Shown: in pieces, positions 58,706 through 64,000 of the stretch
How positions within the stretch are numbered: position 1 is the stretch's first letter
How the letters are laid out: every line of letters starts with the position of its first letter
Assembly (NCBI GenBank): GCA_965215195.1
Contig: CBDCDC010000002.1
Coordinates: forward strand, 2,912,001 to 2,976,000
Direction: 5' to 3'
Length of the DNA: 64,000 nt
Source: Candidatus Latescibacterota bacterium
GTDB taxonomy: Bacteria > Latescibacterota > UBA2968 > UBA8231
The notes under the pieces: generated by a model
What the model saw: only the letters and a program-made list of their open reading frames with translations
What the model was told of the DNA's origin: nothing
Database searches by the model: none
Position numbers and translations under genes: made by a program

Positions 58706-61489
58706 TTGAATGTCCGCGGAGCAAATTTAACAATTGGGCTGGCACTGTTGCTCGCGTTCCAAACCGTGCTCCACGCCCAAAGCTACGGCACCCGCCTAGG
58801 GGTTCAGCGCGGCGGCGAAGTCAGTTTTGAGCCCCGGGGCCCCGGCGTGCTCTTCGGTGCTCTCGATCCCGCCGTACAGAAGTGGTACGTTCCCCAAGAA
58901 CTCTACTACGAGTTCAGGTGGCGCCAATGGGAGTACTCCAACTACGCCCGCGACCCGTATCAGCGCTATATCAACACCAACCTAGAGGGCGACTACTTCT
59001 ACGATTTTTTTGGCAACTACATCAATCGCGGCTGGCTGGTGTACGACTGGCGTCAAGACCAGCCCCAAGAGTTGGGTAGCGGCATCTTCAAGGGCCGTCA
59101 ATTCGAGCAATTCTTCAGCTCGGTGACCGTGAGTGGCGACTCCAAGGGCCAGTACTCCTACGCCATTACCGTGGGCAATGCGATCCGCACCACCCTCACG
59201 CCAATGACCTTTTCCAAGCCGAATTTCAACGGAGTCCAGATCGACTTTGCCTCGGACAAGTACGCCGCCACGGTGCTGGCCTCGCGGATCAACGATCCGG
59301 CCGTGGGCGTGACTGTCAATCCCAGACGGCAATCTAATTCGACCTCTCTACTCGGGGGCCGGGCCATCGCTCAGGTGGGCGACTTTATCACTTTGGGCGG
59401 GACCGTGGTCAACGCCCACAACGCCAATACCACTTTGGACATGTTCGAAGGCAATCTCTTGGCGGGGAACCTCACCTCGGGCCAGACGAGTACGCCGGTT
59501 ACGGCCATAGCCATCGTCCTCAGCGACGATAGCCCCGAGGACGAGGCGGGCGGCGCGGCCCTTTTCAGCCACGATATACGCATCAAGAGCCGCGACTTTG
59601 AGACCGGCCTAGAGACGGTCTCGACGTTGGACGAGGTGGTGCGCGAGGGAGCGGAGTGGCCGACCGTATTCGGCGGCTTTCCGCGCACGGGCTTTTTGGC
59701 CGCCGACGGCACCGAGCGGATCATTCTCAATTACGACTTTACGGACCCGGCGTATGTGGGGCCGGATTTAACTGCCATAGTTGAGGTGGAGTTCGACTAT
59801 GTGCTGGCCAACGACTTCAAGGTCGAGATGTGGTCCAATCTGCAGACTGGTACGCGCCCGGTGCCGCCGCCGCCGCTGACCAACCAAGTCATTGAAGAAG
59901 CCGAGCCAGTGCTCATCGGCATACGGCGGGCCGCCGGCAATATAAGGGATATATCCAATGCCCAGCGGGTTCTTTTTAACTACGGCTTGCCCTCGGCCAA
60001 CATGGTCGCCGGATTCACCATTGAAGGCAAGAACGTGTGGGGCTTTGATTTCTACGGCGAGTGGAACAACAACCTGCGCTACTTCCAGTACCCAAATGCC
60101 GCCCTCTTCAACGCCAACGAAGGGCACGAGGTCGCTGCCGAGAGCGGCCAAGCCGCCATCTTCAACCTGTCCAAAGAAGCCTATCCGTTTTTTACTTATG
60201 GCGAAGCCTATTCAGTGGATGCCGACTATTCGACCTCGGCTTTTGTCGCCCTGCCCGGCGGGGACGTTTTTTACGACGATCCCATACGCTCGGTCTACGA
60301 ATTTGTCGCCGACAACGACGACCAAGACCGCCAGCCCGACTGGGCCCGGGTAGGCTCGCAGTCAAACGACCGGGAGGTGTTTCCCGGCTGGGACGAAAAC
60401 CTCGACTTCATTTCGGATTTCAACCAGAACGACAACCGCTCGGTGCCCAATTCCATTCCCGACTACGAAGAGCCGTTTTTGCGCTACCACGTCGATCGGC
60501 CCGAACTCCTCTTTGGCATTGACCTCAACAACAACGGCTGGATCGATCGCTTTGAGGACGACGAGTTGGCCGACTATCCCTACAAGCCCGACCGGCGCGG
60601 GTACAATGCCTTTTTTGGCGTCCACCTCTTGCCCGAGGCGCGCTTGCTGGTGGGGCGGCTCAACGAGCGCATGCTCTCGGACGATAGGGACAATCAAACC
60701 GCGTATGCCATGTTCACCCTCGACAAGGACTACCCCGGTTTGGGGCGGGTGCGGGTCTTTGATATGCTCAAGCGAGTCGCGGACACCATCCCCGATGACC
60801 GGCGGGCCCCGCTGCCCTTCCTCGACGCGCCCACGCCGCCGCTGGTGTCGGATATGCTGGTCTTTCCCGATACCTGGATCAACACCGCGTGGCTGGGGGT
60901 GGACTACACAGCCATTGCCAACTTTGAGATGGTCAACAAACTCAAATACGAGCGCTACGACCCGGTCCAAGACGAGGCCCGCGACATCGATGGCCGGATA
61001 CTGGCCAGTTCGCCCTTCCTCTTGGGCCTGATCAACAAATTCGAATACAAGCTGCATCTAGGTCATTTTATTCTCCAGCCGAGGCTCAAAAGTGAGTACT
61101 TCCGCCAAGACGCCTTTGTGCAGGCCGAAGAAGACCTAAAACAATGGACTGGGATTGTCTCGCTTTTGGCCCAAGTGCCCCTACTCAACAGCAGCGTAGT
61201 TGACTTAGGCGTGGAGTTGGCCCAGTTCAACGATCTGGTGCAGCAGGAGGAGGATATGGTTGAGCAGGGCATGGCCGAAGAGACCGGGGACTTGCGCTCT
61301 GCGGTTTTTGCAGTACAGCTAACCAACAACTCAAACTATTTGGGGTACAAGCTGACGACGCAACTCGGCCTGCGCCTCGGCCGCACCTTCACCGAGGCCG
61401 TGCGGGAGGTAGAACCCCGGGTCTTCGACAAGCGCACCCAAGGCCGGACCGAGACCACCAGCTTTATCACCATTTACGCCGGATTGTAA
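58706..61489 (+). CDS. Large secreted / probable outer-membrane protein with Asp-rich Ca-binding-like motifs
   Basis: Signal peptide; DNDDQDRQPDW, DENLDFISD and DLNNNGWID; amphipathic strands ending SFITIYAGL. Confidence 0.7.
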   Translation: MNVRGANLTIGLALLLAFQTVLHAQSYGTRLGVQRGGEVSFEPRGPGVLFGALDPAVQKWYVPQELYYEFRWRQWEYSNYARDPYQRYINTNLEGDYFYDFFGNYINRGWLVYDWRQDQPQELGSGIFKGRQFEQFFSSVTVSGDSKGQYSYAITVGNAIRTTLTPMTFSKPNFNGVQIDFASDKYAATVLASRINDPAVGVTVNPRRQSNSTSLLGGRAIAQVGDFITLGGTVVNAHNANTTLDMFEGNLLAGNLTSGQTSTPVTAIAIVLSDDSPEDEAGGAALFSHDIRIKSRDFETGLETVSTLDEVVREGAEWPTVFGGFPRTGFLAADGTERIILNYDFTDPAYVGPDLTAIVEVEFDYVLANDFKVEMWSNLQTGTRPVPPPPLTNQVIEEAEPVLIGIRRAAGNIRDISNAQRVLFNYGLPSANMVAGFTIEGKNVWGFDFYGEWNNNLRYFQYPNAALFNANEGHEVAAESGQAAIFNLSKEAYPFFTYGEAYSVDADYSTSAFVALPGGDVFYDDPIRSVYEFVADNDDQDRQPDWARVGSQSNDREVFPGWDENLDFISDFNQNDNRSVPNSIPDYEEPFLRYHVDRPELLFGIDLNNNGWIDRFEDDELADYPYKPDRRGYNAFFGVHLLPEARLLVGRLNERMLSDDRDNQTAYAMFTLDKDYPGLGRVRVFDMLKRVADTIPDDRRAPLPFLDAPTPPLVSDMLVFPDTWINTAWLGVDYTAIANFEMVNKLKYERYDPVQDEARDIDGRILASSPFLLGLINKFEYKLHLGHFILQPRLKSEYFRQDAFVQAEEDLKQWTGIVSLLAQVPLLNSSVVDLGVELAQFNDLVQQEEDMVEQGMAEETGDLRSAVFAVQLTNNSNYLGYKLTTQLGLRLGRTFTEAVREVEPRVFDKRTQGRTETTSFITIYAGL

Positions 61490-61494
61490 TAGGG

Positions 61495-64000
61495 ATGAGG
61501 GCGCGTTGCATCGCATTGGCGGCTCTGGCCGGGTTGAGTCTGTGGGGGGTAGCCGCAGCGCAAATCGACTATGGGGGTCGTCTGGGGGATCGGGTGGGAG
61601 ACCGCGTCATTTACCACGTGCCCGGCGTTTCTACCTATATAGAGGCGCTGGACCCGACCGTGCAGCGTTGGTACATGCCGGCCCCGCTCTTTGGCGAATT
61701 TGGCCGCAACCAGTGGGAGTACACCAACTACGCCCGCCAAGCCCACAGGCGCTATCTCAACCCCTCGGCAGAGGGGGATCTCTTCTACGATCCGTTCGGT
61801 CGCCTCATTACGCGGGGCTGGCTAGTGTACGACTGGCGCCAGACCAAACCACTGATCGCCGAGAGTTCCTCGGTCAGAAAAGGTGCCCAGTACGACAACT
61901 GGTTTAGCCGCTTGGTCCTATCCGGGGACACCAAGGGCCAGTATCGCTATTCGGTTATGGTCGGAGACGAGATCTGGACTACCCTAACGCCGATGACCTT
62001 CCGCAAGGCCGGGTTCAACGGGGTAGTAGTCGACTTTGCCGCAGACCGCTTTCGCGCCACTGGGCTTTTTTCGCGGATTTCGTTCCCGCTCCTTTCGGGG
62101 GGCACCGCGCGCTTCCAGTACGCTACCAACCTCACGGCCGGCCGGATCGAAGCCGATTTGACCGATTCTTTTACGTTGGGGATGAACTTCGTCAACAGCC
62201 ACAACAACACCGGCAGCAACGAGAGCTTCCAAGGGAATGTATTCAAGGGGGCCCTGACGGCCGGGCAACTGGCCCAGCGGGTTGACCGGCTCTTGGTGCG
62301 GCTCTCGGACGACTCGCCAGAAGATGGCGAGGGGGGTGCTGTCTTGGTTAGCGAGGAGGTCGAGATCCGCACTACCCTGAGCCGTCAGGAAATGGTTCGG
62401 GACCAGCTAATCCACGTGGAGCGAGATACCGTCATCTTCAGCAGCAGTATCGGTTTTAGACCGACCATTACAGGGGGGCGGCGAGACCGGGGGTTTCTAA
62501 CGGCCGATGGTGCGGACCAGATCGTTTTGCAATATCCCTTGGCCCCTAGGGAGATGGCGGAAGAACAGGGAACCTTGCGTGCGCTCTTCCAGCAACACCT
62601 AGATCTCACTCTATCTGAGGCCGAGGCCGCGATTAGCGCCATTCGGGACGTGCGCTTCCGCCTCGTGCTAGCCAACGACTACCGAGTCGAGGTCAGTTCC
62701 AATAGGCAGACGGACGAATTTGACGTGCCGCAATTTTTACCTGTGGCGCGGGCCGATGGCAATATCAAAAACCAGTTGAACCAGCGGGAGGTCGTCTTCG
62801 ACTATGGGCTGCCTACGGCTAACCAGCTCGTCGGTCTGACGGCCGAGGTGCGAGATTTTCACGGCTTGGATTTTTACGGAGAAATAAACCTCAATACCCA
62901 GTACCGAAAATACCCCAGCATAGGGCGCGATTCGCACCGTGCGATCAACGGCATGGCCGGGGACCGCCACGAGGTGGGCTGGTTGGTCAATTTGGCCTTC
63001 CGCGAGGGGCCTTGGCGCTTTATGGGCGAGGGGTTTGGCATGGAAGACGGGTACCGCACCAGCGTCCTGACGGTAAATCGCGACGGGGTGTCGGACTACG
63101 CTCCCGAGGCCGTCAACCTGCACTACGAGTTTGTAGATGACAACGACGACAACGACCGGCAACCCGACTGGCTGCGGGTGGGCGAGGGCAGCTTTGTCCC
63201 CACCGAGCGCCGCAGCGAAATCGAGGTCCGCGGCGTGGCCGATCCGGCGGTTTTCCCCGGTTATGACGAAAATCGCGACTTTATCTCGGACTTCAACCAG
63301 AATAGCACCATCGATCGGGTGAATTTTTTCCCGGACTACGACGAGCCTTTTTTGCGCTATGCCGCGGATCGCCCGCAGTTTCTCTTCGGCATTGATCTCA
63401 ACAACAATGGGTGGGTGGAGCGCTTTGAAAACGACCAAGAGCCGGACTATCCCTACAAGCGAGACCACTGGGGCTACAACCTCTTCGGCGGGCTCGCGGT
63501 GGCACCGGGTATCGAGCTGCGGGTGGGGCAGTTGCGGCAAATCCGCTTGGCGAGCGACCGCCGCAACCTGACCAGCTATGGGATGTTCGCCTTGGAGCAG
63601 AGCGGGTCGCGGTGGGGCCGCCTGCGGGTTTTCGACATGGTTAAGAAGGCCGAAGACGCGATCGCCGACCACTTGGTGCAATGGATCATCCCGAGGAGCG
63701 CATTCGGCGCGGCGGCCGAGTCGGCCGGCAGCAATGTGCCGGTATTAGACCCCTTGGCCGCGGCAGACACTTGGATCAACACTTTTTACGCCGACTATGA
63801 GTACGCCAGCCCGCGTTTGTGGCGGACCCTGCACCGCTTCAAGTGGGAGACTTGGCGGCAGCGCGACAGCGATGCACTAGGCCCCGAGGGGCGCAACGGG
63901 CGACGGACCTCGGGCTTTGTCGGGCTGATCAACAAGATAGAATACGTCTTTTACTGGCGGTCGCTGCGTTTCAGGCCCAAACTCAAGAGCGAATTCCTGC
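61495..64000 (+). CDS. Paralogue of the 58706 protein, runs off the window (absent from the ORF track)
   Basis: Hand translation: MRARCIALAALAGLSLWGVAAAQ..ALDPTVQRWYMP..TLTPMTF..GIDLNNNGWVERFEND..FRPKLKSEFL. Confidence 0.85.
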   Translation, partial: MRARCIALAALAGLSLWGVAAAQIDYGGRLGDRVGDRVIYHVPGVSTYIEALDPTVQRWYMPAPLFGEFGRNQWEYTNYARQAHRRYLNPSAEGDLFYDPFGRLITRGWLVYDWRQTKPLIAESSSVRKGAQYDNWFSRLVLSGDTKGQYRYSVMVGDEIWTTLTPMTFRKAGFNGVVVDFAADRFRATGLFSRISFPLLSGGTARFQYATNLTAGRIEADLTDSFTLGMNFVNSHNNTGSNESFQGNVFKGALTAGQLAQRVDRLLVRLSDDSPEDGEGGAVLVSEEVEIRTTLSRQEMVRDQLIHVERDTVIFSSSIGFRPTITGGRRDRGFLTADGADQIVLQYPLAPREMAEEQGTLRALFQQHLDLTLSEAEAAISAIRDVRFRLVLANDYRVEVSSNRQTDEFDVPQFLPVARADGNIKNQLNQREVVFDYGLPTANQLVGLTAEVRDFHGLDFYGEINLNTQYRKYPSIGRDSHRAINGMAGDRHEVGWLVNLAFREGPWRFMGEGFGMEDGYRTSVLTVNRDGVSDYAPEAVNLHYEFVDDNDDNDRQPDWLRVGEGSFVPTERRSEIEVRGVADPAVFPGYDENRDFISDFNQNSTIDRVNFFPDYDEPFLRYAADRPQFLFGIDLNNNGWVERFENDQEPDYPYKRDHWGYNLFGGLAVAPGIELRVGQLRQIRLASDRRNLTSYGMFALEQSGSRWGRLRVFDMVKKAEDAIADHLVQWIIPRSAFGAAAESAGSNVPVLDPLAAADTWINTFYADYEYASPRLWRTLHRFKWETWRQRDSDALGPEGRNGRRTSGFVGLINKIEYVFYWRSLRFRPKLKSEFL

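Overview
GC-rich bacterial chromosome segment. Its gene content (FlgD-Ig/CHU_C-tailed secreted proteins, CRTAC1, ABC-2 permease pair, TWG..K C-terminal tag) resembles Latescibacterota/Poribacteria-like, possibly host-associated bacteria; this is inference only. The backbone is carbohydrate/amine catabolic genes. It also holds a CarH/LitR (B12 photoreceptor)-type operon with a visible operator, encoding furan/methylated fatty-acid-like enzymes between two paralogous TonB receptors, and a large surface-protein locus at the right end. Small, mostly lower-GC defence-like cassettes are scattered through the backbone: DUF3800 with its own promoter-driven structured small RNA, PanA plus a membrane protein, Rpn with an internal small-protein start, HsdR_N, an R-M pair, a decayed HigBA-like pair and a type ISP remnant. 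Two cassettes are bracketed by 92-bp and 183-bp duplications of the neighbouring gene's 3' end. Nested MITEs with target-site duplications are present. No rRNA, tRNA or CRISPR array was seen. Family calls come from motif recognition, not database searches.
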